Source of the DNA: a virus
Lineage: Duplodnaviria; Caudoviricetes
DNA length: 60,338 nt
Reading direction: 5' to 3' (one strand)
Virus record (IMG/VR): IMGVR_UViG_3300000401_000002
Location: 1-60,338 of that record
Shown here piece by piece: positions 29,701 through 36,470 of the stretch. Each line of letters begins with the position of its first letter. Position 1 is the stretch's first letter. The notes under the pieces were generated by a model, which saw only the letters and a program-made list of their open reading frames with translations, had not been told where the DNA came from and searched no databases. A program made the position numbers and the translations under genes.

Positions 29701-30230
29701 TAGTAATTTATAACGATGTAGAAACAGTGCCATTGCTTAGACCTGCAACTAGTTATGTTGCAACTAAAGCATTGCCTTACGTACAGGTACTATTACCGTT
29801 TGCACCGCAACCAAATCCAATTAGTGCAGCAGGTTGGAATGCAACTACTGAAACAGGATGGTATAAAGCACCGTACGAAGAAGGCGGCATTCCTGAAGAA
29901 TATTGGGAAGCACAAGATATTGAAATCTTTGCAAACGGTAGACGTCTGAGAAAGAATCCTTTAAACGTGTATGACGTAACTAAAGGTCAATTTAGTCCTG
30001 CAGGAGATATTTGGTTAGAAGCAGAATATGCTGTAAACAAAAATGTTGGAGCATATGTGCGCCTAACTAATCCGCCAGAGCCTAATACTAAGCTAACTAT
30101 AATAAGACGTCGAGGCGAAATTTGGAACGAAGTAACAGATCCGACAACAGGAGCAACAAAACCACTCGGAATATCCGGTACAGAAGTGGCAACATTCTTG
30201 CGTGGAAAGAGTATTGATCTACCGCGATAA
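14769..30230 (+). CDS. Giant multidomain baseplate/virion structural protein (5153 aa; gp7 position)
   Basis: Uninterrupted 15.5-kb ORF coupled to gp6 (TAATG). Contains FG-GAP-like repeats, CBM5/12-like aromatic repeats, G-x-G-Y-x3-P repeats, DG-x4-F-x-L repeats and an IPT/TIG-like domain. Confidence 0.8.
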   Translation: MAHDNDQNEFPLPASGNEKRTSSYHLPKYFRTDKNQKFLQSTLDQLIQPGVAEKINGFVGRKTAKAFSVDDNYIGDVSADRENYQLEPVSVIKDTLGNVDFYADYRDYINQIGNFGGINNNHSRNNAQEFYTWNPHIDWDKFTNFREYYWLPNGPQTVIIPGEDKEITSTYKVDLREALGDYSYVFTPDGQTNNPALKLYRGVTYVFEVNSPGLPLTFKTARTLDEEFLITQNISAQGVEQGIIELTLGPDTPAEIFYVAENDINVGGVIKVGNQSEATFIDVESEIVGKKYYQTRDGWSLTNGLKVRFEGDVKPEKYANSEWYIEGVGDEIQLVSDIDVEVSFPVGIDLVVPFDNEEGFDRLPFGTATGYPRDKDYITINRASPDGNFWSRYNRWFHKDVIELASSINKSDAQVDQSQRANRPIIEFESGIKLYNFGTKSKQVIDLIDDYTTDAFSTIEGSLGYNIDSVQLSQGMRVMFLADTDPLVNGKIFEVNFINFKGSGVQGQITLVPTEDTEPSPNENVLVTKGDAYAGSLWYYDGTAWNRAQEKTSVNQPPLFDLFDANGYSYSDLVQYPATNFRGTKIFSYKEGTGANDSVLGFPLSYRSIDNVGDILFDFNYNSDVYEYQVNDVTFNINSKNGFLRKFNNRNQYRVIGRYEKADSLSEQAVVLNYVNDGTRITYPINCYDKSALISDISVKVFVNDRIQTEGVDYELVDNADKIKSVSFLTTLAANANIVIKTKSSTPKNANGFYEIAHNLERNPLNENVSSFTLGEVTEHVSTITENVPGYEGIFPGPSNLRDIPNQSRYGRKFIKNSAPLNLAMFGLLDKESNIVNSLRYARKEYSKFKRLFLETAETLGFEGPVKQHVDVILKEINKDKTNNMPFYFSDMIAHGPSVTTRIIVEDADAQFFALNTPFTLNNINTRAVTVYINDVQLVHKKDYIFNDEGYLQITATKEFNDVIEINEYETTNGSYIPATPTKLGLYPLYEPVIYNDDTYPTSPLMIQGHDGSIIRAYQDFRDDLIIELERRIFNNIKVEYNPNVLDINNYISGNYRDTGFSRQEIYAPMITDFVQWLTLVDEDYTEHKYFNRLDSFSFNYKNMRGPNGQSLPGWWRGVYINMYDTDRPHTHPWEMLGFTIKPTWWNEQYGPAPYTSENRLLWEDIEKGIIREPNKPFVINKKYARPGLYQYLPVDAEGNLLSPSNANLPVSYDSTGIDSSFSFGDNAPVESAWRRSSEFPFAILTSWAINNASSLLSAGFDRSRQQRNILGQLIYTPTQDHITLSDLIFPNTSKDSSEVLTSGLVNYVADYMASNITSSFKKYNNRLKSIKNCLAFKLGGFTDKSKFKLILDSRTPLNKGNVFVPEENYNIFLNTSNALKLVSYSGVIVQKETNGFVVRGYNTEAPAFKYHKALPTSKDVFVNVGGISEPYTEWEPLQTYIEGKNVQYQGSFFKVKETHTSSANFDATKYVKIPQLPLTGGANAYFRDQFDTRNVELLPYGTVLRTVQDVVDFMLGYQSYLESEGFKFEYFDGEAETVSDWKNSCREFMFWSTQNWAQGAIIAMSPVADEINFETEYSIVDNIFDNFYGYSLLKADGTKLTDEFTRINRTNPNKLQVQPKSTLDGVYSVKLPVVQKEHIILVDNFSVFGDVIYQPSTGYRQERIKVLGYRTSDWDGSLNIPGFIYNEAKITEWQQWTDYDIGALVKHKEFYYSAKEKILGSANFDDSQWTRLSEKPESSMTTNFEYKVNQFTDFYSLDTDNFDIEQQALAQHLIGYQKRQYLENIINDEVSQYKFYQGMIQDKGTRNSLDKLFDVLSSADKESLDFYEEWAIKQGQYGASEGFDEIELELDESKYRAEPQPILLTNEDTLETDLTYRIKDFEVFKKPSNYNSDILPKTELLPQYTKTAGYVHLDDVSKALGDYYDILDQPFGSIKANAYVWISTEKQSWNVLQHKSTKWQVLSVEGNAQAISIGAENKNQFVVTLNNAPDDISSGDVIGLYDLIVTDRATVDSTYPISIQSTEPVEGFYKVLDVTLNKVIIETTDVIEDIPSCDGSITKFIPVRVADYKAANQLAQKGIDRNTLIWVDEDENGSWKVLKNSQAYSLLQKIPAEDTGVNNNFGQTLAIDGRNVTMALASPTADGNGKIFMYTRGGNNQNFQFTQIIEPPENLSDGGIAFGEGVAISSDGKFIIAGSPDASNVKTKFRGNYDPTADYENDEIVKYSDSLWQALVDIEGARASQPFGSFGSIIEVLQDNNITQGEIEFNSLLVGNYPFTNQDDPTDHILVRAPADAYVATGKGDEVFLDWYLTTSANQEAPDTPRQPFDGAYTAINEEYLESGLTVVEKVDAVLYVNSVSTVPGLDLQVDTIGASGYVAYTYTDEGRTTIYVKGSVGKWPVSGSLFLETGEFVGEFQRVAPVEEEVDTSDVLGGYWWFNTNEEYTVTNTIDDEGRALAVYNVIPFGKADPGAAGGNVIDYKNDDIFSGENSQHSYIRTLTYQGSPGAYGELDPIVSDLFVMRAPKSLTDKIEIGDTIGVEVYRLPSYIDGSFVDITPTGLTQFTVNKNHTLVGLWDGYIDFELENTDDFGRPYEPRIGQFVRDRVTGATAKVEFYQRNGINATIFVSNKVGDWSLGTNHGASADIEFLGDPSDPGTVYSVTRTLGDIKATSLGQDALGIGKLCVFQLPAFIENVPANDTITDAEYVIYKDFEILGLPTDPNIPDQINFDWREVYRIPADGNGASNNLSNYGMFTVFARENISTFTSVGTFVVPDAIEGLGLGSKIKMSKRNDLYKAFISCRGNGTSSNPGRIYFVNNGTDEEGVEYNWELAKDKRFKGEFAPERNYYVGDIVFLDGEFYTAKTNIQGNTANPNDPSAQFNILDWDVSTSDSIRSVDFLGYVPNDTQYVAGNDSSLQISMDNLVEFGQEFDVTDNGEVLVVVARYDGEPNRVIVYRNQNDNYQKSQEILADDVNSEFGNSISISQDGKLIAVGAPNGDTTIEESGTIYIYKQVNGTFELSQTLVSTAPVRGEYFGGELDFDGNTLFASAFNANSDDITMFDGYRDRLYPGSTVSGQQYILDTDSEIVERTTFDNGFTTFKNEIANNGVVYVYERINETLVFGQTLDFNDSKAKFFGRNITAKGNHIYMSLPKYANTDGKEGLVLDYRRDITNPVWSIYRQPQMPVDVSKIKRVMLYDKEKNVVVENLDYIAVDQGKIAGPADQEIRYKTMFDPAIYNSGTSKNVRINELTNWGEQQVGQVWWDLKTAKFYDTKQGNIIYKTNNVNRLAPGASIDVYEWVESKVLPEQWDNISDQPEGERNGITGKSLYGNTAYVEKRVYDEIAQNFKKLYYFWVKDKTNIPAVENRSISVQTIKSLIEDPDAAGYRFVSFYGNGEISVHNCKELINNKDIVMNIQYWTYSEPGSNIHNQYQILTEGLGSSKPYAEIETKWIDSLVGYDAQSRPVPDTRLSPKERYGILNKPRQGWFINRTEALKQVFERVNNVLIDNLIEEEKNITKLLDNDPAPSQTTGLFDVVVDTEIDLDFIGVARAATASITPVVENGKIVRLTIEDGGRGYRVAPSYTIEGTGFGAEFEFTIDELGRITSAEVIESGNNYSSNTSIIVRPFAALVTADSQIRGKWALYNRNDATGGWLRINSQAYDVTKYWTYTDWYAEGYNTFTEIDHVITQSYELESLDDKFGDIVKILNVGGEGWLLLEKIDSQDTTDYTINYKTIGRQNGTVQFTENLYNLQDSRVGFDTQTFDTQFFDSQPIEEIRIIMQALKEDILVDDLADEYNKLFFASLRYVFAEQGYVDWAFKTSFVKARHNVGELEQKVTFKNDSLESYEDYIQEVKPYKSSIREYLSTYDTVENSSSIVTDFDSPPKYDNVTQSIETNNIRLINGVLTGQGDRFVSYPEKFWLDNAAYKVIRIEISDAGEGYTFAPTIEIEGNAKAEASLGPGGKISSVVVTDQGSDYLVTPEITINGTLNENGREAKLTAVLGESKVRNMHTIIKFDRVSGKFFITQLNEEETFTANGSQTEYVLKWPMDMRTTAVEVLVNGELVLNSEYDYENIYDPNTLLYYGKISFVDPPNNGLSVQVNYKKSINLLQAQDRINLFYDPTSGQIGKDVAQLMDGVDYGGVEVKSFEFGSPPGWDTGNWYDGQWDVYDDTFEEEVFETDGSTLVFNLSKPLESGVKYNVYINGIRVDDEAWDGTSSVDNKNAFLETLVGDGVTDTFTIENENGYRTFLENNTDGADNPPSQVIKIIKSTSDGSRLIDSESYDTDISGGDLAYTTAKGINADEINIDGDGFVTETTSKGPEEVVPGQLLDTLDITVYERPVGGSSLIQTTQFTGNGTTKTYNLRQRPYSFESVIVKINGSIVSGTDYKIDYNTNEITFYAAPSVGDNIVIISMGVSGNNILDYDEFTTDGSTQEFLTNVNYTETAHAYVTVNGEEIPFELLESDDTYAESGRCVIRFVTAPIADKLIQFAIFDSAIESFSKVSIEEIEADGSTIAYTLNRVPLQQDPVAYHTIVMVDNKVLNAGYSEQFTVADGQTQFRLKVWQVPVGTVEGREIEVFLNGRKLEFLQEWTYEGAGSFNPAITPDAQPGSTVILNRGVAVEGDELKVHIITSGEYRFGYYDSNNEWVDTSGGDSTPAVLYFDEAPAENSTIRVYQFTNHDSQGIDRQNYDVIERTEMTVGSEGYVEYRLLTNGMITLRQEALGVDYVWVNLNGRWLTPTADYVLLENRKTIKFVTPLYENDVIDILHFSNPPVSVKFGWRQFKDILNRNVYKRLDRDGYYELAEPLNWYDRTITLVEKENGNLPEPSTNRPGIVFINKERIEYLRKEGNVLKQLRRGTAGTGIPEVHPVGSELVNQSIDTTLPYKDSEEQVVVFAGNYVDLTTKYDTDPSITFDGIAYNFNNNTVFPLGGQVATVNGSGFRPTVKALMQDENGNVQELQTTYVSETQFTFTTVAMPVGAYDLVIYNDVETVPLLRPATSYVATKALPYVQVLLPFAPQPNPISAAGWNATTETGWYKAPYEEGGIPEEYWEAQDIEIFANGRRLRKNPLNVYDVTKGQFSPAGDIWLEAEYAVNKNVGAYVRLTNPPEPNTKLTIIRRRGEIWNEVTDPTTGATKPLGISGTEVATFLRGKSIDLPR

Positions 30231-30233
30231 ATA
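30226..30233 (+). promoter_or_regulatory. Late promoter GATAAATA
   Basis: TAAATA core overlapping the stop of the giant gene, upstream of ATG 30252. Confidence 0.65.
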
Positions 30234-30251
30234 CATTGACAGGAAATAAAA

Positions 30252-30866
30252 ATGGCTGATACATTTAACGATAAACAAGGAATATTACTAGAAGGTCACA
30301 TTAAAATTCATGACCCCGAATCTGGCGAAGTTCTAATTAACAAACGCAATGCTATTCATTATGAAAACATGAGTATAGCACTTGCTGAAAGTTTGAGTAA
30401 TGCAGGACAAGGTTGGATTCATGAAATGAATTTTGGCAACGGCGGAACTAGTGTTGACCCTACTGGTATTATTACATACCTTACACCTAACTCAACAGGA
30501 ACCAATGCAAGTTTGTATAACCAAACATTTACTAAAGTTGTAGATGATAGAAGTGTTAACAATGTTGATCCTGCAAGAAACAAGATTGAAACAAGGCATA
30601 TTAGCGGTACTAACTACACCGACATCTTAGTAACCTGTCTACTAGATTACGGCGAACCAAGCGGACAAGAAGCGTTTGATACTGATACTGGTACTGATAG
30701 TCTTTATGTATTTGACGAGTTAGGATTACGAGCATACAGCCCAGACGGAACAGGCAGACTGTTAACACACGTTATTTTCCACCCAATACAAAAGTCGTTG
30801 AACAGACTAATACAAATTGATTATACTGTAAGGGTGCAGAGTTTAACTGGATTTAACGAGGGGTAA
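30252..30866 (+). CDS. Baseplate/tail-fibre attachment structural protein
   Basis: MNFGNGG...FDELGL...LLTHVIFHPIQKSLNRLIQIDYTV beta-sandwich pattern typical of fibre-attachment proteins; position between baseplate and fibres. Confidence 0.6.
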   Translation: MADTFNDKQGILLEGHIKIHDPESGEVLINKRNAIHYENMSIALAESLSNAGQGWIHEMNFGNGGTSVDPTGIITYLTPNSTGTNASLYNQTFTKVVDDRSVNNVDPARNKIETRHISGTNYTDILVTCLLDYGEPSGQEAFDTDTGTDSLYVFDELGLRAYSPDGTGRLLTHVIFHPIQKSLNRLIQIDYTVRVQSLTGFNEG

Positions 30867-30869
30867 TAA

Positions 30870-32963
30870 ATGTCATATACAATTACTTTTACAGACTCTG
30901 CAAACAAAGGAACAATTACTGTTGAAGACGGTACTATTAACCGTCAAACATCATTAGGACTTCCTGGACGTAATACAACAGCATACGGTGCTACTATTGC
31001 AGAAAACTTCTTGCACTTGCTAGAAAATTTTGCATCAACTACAGAGCCTAGCAATCCAGTTGAAGGACAGATGTGGTACGACAATACTTTGGGACAAGAA
31101 AGTCTAAAAGTTTACAACGGTACTAACTGGGTTCCGGCAAGCGGAATTACAAAATCTATTAACACACCTGCACTTGCACAAACTGGTGATTTGTGGGTTG
31201 ATACAGATAACCAGCAGTTATATCTATTCACAGGTGGTGGTTGGATCCTAGTAGGACCTAGTTTTTCAGAAGGTCTTGCAACAGGCGCAAGAGCCGACCA
31301 GATTGTAGGACAAGACAACGAGCTATACACAGTTCTGCGTGTAGAAGTTGCAGGCACAACAGTTGCTATTGTTAATGGTAGCGACAATGCATTTATTCCA
31401 AAAACAACTATTGCCGGATTTGCTCAAGTCAATCCAGGCATTAACTTGATTAACAGAGATACTGATTCAGACGGACTTAGTAACTTTAAATTCTTTGGTA
31501 CTGCGGAAAAAGCAGAAAACCTAATTGTTAACAACGAAGTTATTGGTGCTGGTGATTTCCTAAGAGGTAATACAACTAGTACAACGAACTTTCCAATTAA
31601 CGTACAAAACAACCAGGGTATCAACTACGGTATTAACGGAGAGTTAACAGTAGGTGTTGAAGGACAGGCTGGTATTATTCAACATAACGTTGGCGGTTCA
31701 AATATTGACTTGCGTGTTCGTAATGAAAATATTACTAGAACAGTTGTACGTGTTGACTCAAACTTGCGTGTAGGTATAAACACAGAAGCTCCGGACGAAG
31801 CACTTGATGTTGTAGGCAACATTCAGTCTAGCGGAAGTGTAATTGTTAATGATACTACAGACAGTTCAACAATTAATAACGGTGCGCTACAAGTTAGAGG
31901 CGGAGCAGGAATTAGACAAAGTTTAAATGTTGGCGGAGAAACAAAACTTTTAGATTTGTTAACTACTACTAATATTGTACCAGACGATAACAATATTAGA
32001 GATATTGGATCTAATACTGTAAAATTTAGAAATATGTATGCTACTACGTTTACAGGAAACTTAGTTGGTAACGTAAGTGGTACAATTACAGGACGTTCAA
32101 CAGAATCAGATAAACTTACTTCGCGTACTACGTTTATCATGGAAGGCGATGTAACTACACTAGTGCCTGTAGAATTTGATGGTCAGTTCCAAGATCCTAA
32201 TTTTAACAACGGTGTTGATGCAAACGGCGATCCGTTACCAACTGGCGAACAACCTCTACAAAAGAAATTCCGTACAGAAATTTCAAACCAGTTCATTGCA
32301 CAAAAACCTGCAATTACTGAAGTATTAAACAGCGATGAATTGCTAGTTAACCAAATTTCAGGTAACGCTCCTGGTATTAAAAAGGTTACTAAAGAAAATT
32401 TATTAAAAACTATTCCTACTAACCCACCGGGTGTTATATTACCTTATGGCGGCGACGATGCACCAGATGGTTGGTTATTATGTAACGGACAAGAAGTAAG
32501 CCGTGAAGACTACCAAGAACTGTTCTCTGCAATTAGATTTAAATTTGGTCCAGAGTCTCAGGTAACTCCGGGCTTCTTTAAAGTTCCTGACATGAGAGGA
32601 CGTTTGCCTTTAGGTGCTGATAATATTGGAGGCACAAGTGCAGATATTGTAACAGCAGGTTCAGCAGATGTTATTGGTGCGCTAGATGGTAGCGAAACAA
32701 AAATTATCGACGTTACTAATTTGCCTGAACACCAACACAGTCTAAAAGATGCAGACAACAACCAGTTCTATGCAGTACAGGATAGAATTGACCCAACTGA
32801 AGATGATGCAGTAAGTCTTGTAGATGCACCTACTGCAACAGAACAAGGGCAAAAGCTACCAAACAGTGGTAACATTATTAGTAGCAACACAGTAGGTCAG
32901 CCATTTAATATTATGCCTCCTACTGTAACAATGAACTATATTATCTATACCGGAAGAGAATAA
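30870..32963 (+). CDS. Tail fibre protein with tail-collar domain
   Basis: Shared N-terminal module (ENFLHLLENFA...GQMWYD); collar motif PPGVILPYGG..APDGWLLCNGQ...FKVPDMRGR; HQH; C-terminal NIMPP...NYIIY. Confidence 0.85.
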   Translation: MSYTITFTDSANKGTITVEDGTINRQTSLGLPGRNTTAYGATIAENFLHLLENFASTTEPSNPVEGQMWYDNTLGQESLKVYNGTNWVPASGITKSINTPALAQTGDLWVDTDNQQLYLFTGGGWILVGPSFSEGLATGARADQIVGQDNELYTVLRVEVAGTTVAIVNGSDNAFIPKTTIAGFAQVNPGINLINRDTDSDGLSNFKFFGTAEKAENLIVNNEVIGAGDFLRGNTTSTTNFPINVQNNQGINYGINGELTVGVEGQAGIIQHNVGGSNIDLRVRNENITRTVVRVDSNLRVGINTEAPDEALDVVGNIQSSGSVIVNDTTDSSTINNGALQVRGGAGIRQSLNVGGETKLLDLLTTTNIVPDDNNIRDIGSNTVKFRNMYATTFTGNLVGNVSGTITGRSTESDKLTSRTTFIMEGDVTTLVPVEFDGQFQDPNFNNGVDANGDPLPTGEQPLQKKFRTEISNQFIAQKPAITEVLNSDELLVNQISGNAPGIKKVTKENLLKTIPTNPPGVILPYGGDDAPDGWLLCNGQEVSREDYQELFSAIRFKFGPESQVTPGFFKVPDMRGRLPLGADNIGGTSADIVTAGSADVIGALDGSETKIIDVTNLPEHQHSLKDADNNQFYAVQDRIDPTEDDAVSLVDAPTATEQGQKLPNSGNIISSNTVGQPFNIMPPTVTMNYIIYTGRE

Positions 32964-32965
32964 TA

Positions 32966-34870
32966 ATGAGCTATAAACTAAACAAAACAAACGGTGAATT
33001 ACTAGTAGATCTAGTAGATGGGCAGATAGATAATACATCTACTGATATTACACTTGTTGGCAGAAACTATAAAGGATTTGGCGAGTTTTTAAACGAAAAC
33101 TTTATCAAACTAATGGAAAACTTTGCTAAAACAAGTGCTCCTAGTGCTCCGTTAGTTGGACAGCTTTGGTATGATACTGCTGAAGAAAGACTAAAAATTT
33201 ACACAGGTGAAACTTTCCGTGCTGCTTCCGGTGCAGTAATTGGACAAACACAACCTAATTTGGTAGCAGGCGACTTATGGATTGATAGTTTAAACAACAA
33301 ACTGTATTTCTTTGACGGCGAAGACATTGTACTAGTAGGTCCGCAATATACCGCAGCTCAAGGTAAAACAGGTTTTGAAGCATTTACAGTACTTGACGAA
33401 AACGGACAAGACCAAACTGTACTTTATATGTATGTAAACGGCACACTCACAGCTATTGTTTCAAGAACACAATTTAGACCAAAAGTAAACATTACAGGGT
33501 TTCCTGTAGATCCGGATGATAACAGAAATCCAAAGAGACAACTTATTAAAGTTGGTTTGAATCCAGTTAGTACCGACTTTAGATTTAGAGGTACTGCTGA
33601 AAGTACAAGCTCTCTAATTGATGATAACACACTCGAAGCGTTTACGTCTGATAACTTTATGAAAACAGACCGTAATACACAAACAAGCGGCAGTTTAAAA
33701 ATTAAAAATGCTGCTGGTTTATCAGTTGGTGTTTCGGATACAGAGTATGTTGTACTAAAAGTTACAGAAGGACTTGTAACAGCATTAGAAACTCAGCGTT
33801 CAGATAGAGACTTTGCTATTAGAACACGTAGAGGTAATGCTTTTGATAATGCATTTTATGTAGATTCGTCGGAAAAACGTGTAGGTATTTTTACAGATGC
33901 ACCATCAGTAGACTTTGATGTTGAAGGCGATGCTAGAGTTACTGGTAACTTTGAAGTAGAAGGCAACTTACAAGTAAATGGTGATACTACTTACTTGAAT
34001 GTTTCGAGTTTGCGTGTTGAAGATAAAAACATTGAACTTGGATTGCTAGACGATAGTACACAAGGAACTGATGCACAAGTTGATGGCGCAGGTATTATTG
34101 TTAGATCAAGCGATGGTAGTAAAGATTTTACTTGGGAATTTGAAACAGGAAACTGGACATCAAATCAAAGTTTTGATCTAACAGAAGGCAACGTATACAA
34201 GATTAATAATGTTACCAAACTTAGTGCAAATCGATTAGACGATAGTGTAATATATGCTGAAGGTTTAGTAAGAGTAGGTACTCTACAAACACTAACAGTT
34301 GATTCTATTACTATTAACGATAGTAATATTACATCAACAGGGCCATTAAATATTGGCAGTACTGGCGATATTACAATTAACAATCAAAACATTGTAGGAG
34401 TTCTTCCTCCTAACGTAGCATCGTCTGATGATACAGTAGCAACTAAGGGCTATGTAGATCAACAAATTGATAGCGAGCCCGTGGTATTAACAACAGACTG
34501 TACTGGATTCTCAAATCCGTCGGCTAACTTTAATATTGACGGCGGCCCTTACAATGATGTTCTTGGAATTTTGAATTTCTTATATCCGGCGTCGGAAAAA
34601 GAAAGCGGCACAGTTGCAAGAGTTTATGCTACATCTTACTCAGGTACAACAGTAACTGGTATTGACATTGATAACAGTATTAATAAATCATATGTTTCTG
34701 TTTATGTTGATCCGGAAGATAGTACAACACCTCAGTTAGAATCTGTGCTACAGGACGTAAACTTTGCACCTATTACAGGTGATGCTAACCTAGTGCCAAG
34801 TAGGGCAACTATGGAATTTGAGGTAAATGGAAATTCATGGCAATGGGTGCGTACGACACCAATTACATAA
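32966..34870 (+). CDS. Tail fibre protein (paralog)
   Basis: Shared N-terminal module (GRNYKGFGEFLNENFIKLMENFA...GQLWYD); RVGIFT..P, VEGNLQVNG, VEDKNIELG and ATKGYVD fibre motifs. Confidence 0.8.
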   Translation: MSYKLNKTNGELLVDLVDGQIDNTSTDITLVGRNYKGFGEFLNENFIKLMENFAKTSAPSAPLVGQLWYDTAEERLKIYTGETFRAASGAVIGQTQPNLVAGDLWIDSLNNKLYFFDGEDIVLVGPQYTAAQGKTGFEAFTVLDENGQDQTVLYMYVNGTLTAIVSRTQFRPKVNITGFPVDPDDNRNPKRQLIKVGLNPVSTDFRFRGTAESTSSLIDDNTLEAFTSDNFMKTDRNTQTSGSLKIKNAAGLSVGVSDTEYVVLKVTEGLVTALETQRSDRDFAIRTRRGNAFDNAFYVDSSEKRVGIFTDAPSVDFDVEGDARVTGNFEVEGNLQVNGDTTYLNVSSLRVEDKNIELGLLDDSTQGTDAQVDGAGIIVRSSDGSKDFTWEFETGNWTSNQSFDLTEGNVYKINNVTKLSANRLDDSVIYAEGLVRVGTLQTLTVDSITINDSNITSTGPLNIGSTGDITINNQNIVGVLPPNVASSDDTVATKGYVDQQIDSEPVVLTTDCTGFSNPSANFNIDGGPYNDVLGILNFLYPASEKESGTVARVYATSYSGTTVTGIDIDNSINKSYVSVYVDPEDSTTPQLESVLQDVNFAPITGDANLVPSRATMEFEVNGNSWQWVRTTPIT

Positions 34871-34875
34871 AAGCA

Positions 34876-34883
34876 GATAAATA
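34876..34883 (+). promoter_or_regulatory. Late promoter GATAAATA
   Basis: TAAATA core in the gap upstream of ATG 34909. Confidence 0.65.
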
Positions 34884-34908
34884 CTAATGTCGTAACAGGG
34901 GTTTATAA

Positions 34909-36438
34909 ATGGCATATACAATTGATACATATAGCAATAGCAGATCTTGGAAAATTGAAGATGGTACTATTGATCAAACTACCGATCTAAAGCTAGTTGG
35001 TAAAAACTATGCAGGATACGGTGAGATTCAAAACGAAAACTTTGTTTTCCTACTAGAAAATTTTGCAGGACAGGCTGAACCACCACGCAAGATTGCAGGT
35101 CAAATTTGGTTTGATACTGGAAACAGTAAACTAAAATTCTACGACGGCATCAAATGGCGCACTACAGGCGGCGCCGAAGTTAGCTCAACAGTTCCAACAG
35201 GACTAAAAGAAGGCGACTTTTGGTGGGATCAAGACAACGAACAACTTTACACATATAATGGCGGAGACTTTGTACTTATCGGACCCCAAAGTGCAGGCTC
35301 AGGTCAAACACAAATTGTAAGCCGTTCAGTAAGAGATATTGGTGGTACGACACGAGGAATTATTACAGCAGTTGTAAATGACGAAACTGTATTTGCAGTT
35401 AGTTCACAAGACTTTACAATTGACACAGGCGATGTTGATAGTAACATTCCTGGCTTTGACAGAATACGTCAAGGTATTACATTAAAGAATACATTAAACA
35501 GTTCAGGCGGTGTTACTTCAGGAGACTGGAGAATTGTAGGTACTGCTACTAACGCAGAAAAGTTAGGCGGCGAACCTGCAAGCGCATATGTTAGAAACCA
35601 AAGCGCAACATTTGCTGGACTAGCAAGATTTAGTGATACAGGTTTACAAGTTGGTGACGACGGTGACTTGAAACTAAAAGTTGAATTAGACAACAAAGCA
35701 GTAATTGCTAACGAAAACGGAACACAAATTGAATTCCGTGCAAAGAACGCACTAGGGACAATCCTAAACCCAATGCGTATTTTTGCAGACGCAGTAGTTC
35801 CTGGATTTGTTGTAGGTACAGAAACACAACAAAGTGGTCCACAAGTTGGATCAGCTACATTAGGTTCGGTAGATTATCCGTGGCCAAACATTTATGCAGA
35901 CAACATTACCGGACTTGCAAGTATTGCTTCTTCGCTAAATGTTGGAGCATATGATCCAGATAACCCATTAGCAAACGCTAAGTATCCATCAACAGCAGAT
36001 GCAGCTAATACTATTGCAGTGCGCGACGGTGCTGGCGACTTGTATGCAAACAAGTTCCAAGGTGTTGCAACAGAAGCACAATATGCAGACTTGGCAGAAA
36101 AGTATACTACAGATCAAGAATATCCTGTAGGTACAGCAATGGCTGTGTCATTTGACGAAGCATATGAAGCTGGTGCAGCAAAAGCAGAAAGTGTTGCAAT
36201 AGGTGTTATATCAGCAGAACCTGCTTACTTGATGAACAAAGATTGCGAAGGTCAAGCAATTGGCTTGAAAGGTCGTGTTCCGGTAAGAGTAAAAGGTCCA
36301 GTTAAAAAAGGACAAGGTGTATTTGCTTGGGAAGATGGCGTGTGTACTACTACTCCTACAAAAGCATTTATTGGTGTAGCACTTGAAACTAATGAAGCAG
36401 AAGAAGAAAAATTAGTCGAGTGCGTTTTAAAAGTATAA
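34909..36438 (+). CDS. Tail fibre protein with putative C-terminal intramolecular chaperone/autocleavage domain
   Basis: Shared N-terminal module (GKNYAGYGEIQNENFVFLLENFA); C-terminal YADLAEKY...IGVIS..PAYLMN...GRVPVRV resembling peptidase G2-type chaperones. Confidence 0.75.
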   Translation: MAYTIDTYSNSRSWKIEDGTIDQTTDLKLVGKNYAGYGEIQNENFVFLLENFAGQAEPPRKIAGQIWFDTGNSKLKFYDGIKWRTTGGAEVSSTVPTGLKEGDFWWDQDNEQLYTYNGGDFVLIGPQSAGSGQTQIVSRSVRDIGGTTRGIITAVVNDETVFAVSSQDFTIDTGDVDSNIPGFDRIRQGITLKNTLNSSGGVTSGDWRIVGTATNAEKLGGEPASAYVRNQSATFAGLARFSDTGLQVGDDGDLKLKVELDNKAVIANENGTQIEFRAKNALGTILNPMRIFADAVVPGFVVGTETQQSGPQVGSATLGSVDYPWPNIYADNITGLASIASSLNVGAYDPDNPLANAKYPSTADAANTIAVRDGAGDLYANKFQGVATEAQYADLAEKYTTDQEYPVGTAMAVSFDEAYEAGAAKAESVAIGVISAEPAYLMNKDCEGQAIGLKGRVPVRVKGPVKKGQGVFAWEDGVCTTTPTKAFIGVALETNEAEEEKLVECVLKV

Positions 36439-36441
36439 ATA
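36434..36441 (+). promoter_or_regulatory. T4-type late promoter TATAAATA
   Basis: Exact consensus upstream of the AGGA RBS and ATG 36471. Confidence 0.8.
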
Positions 36442-36470
36442 ATACTAGCACTTTATAGGAAGTAGAATAT

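Noticed and set aside
30236-30265. TTGACA at 30236 as a sigma70 promoter
   Set aside because: No good -10 element at 16-18 nt spacing (it would fall inside the next CDS); the GATAAATA late box explains this gap.
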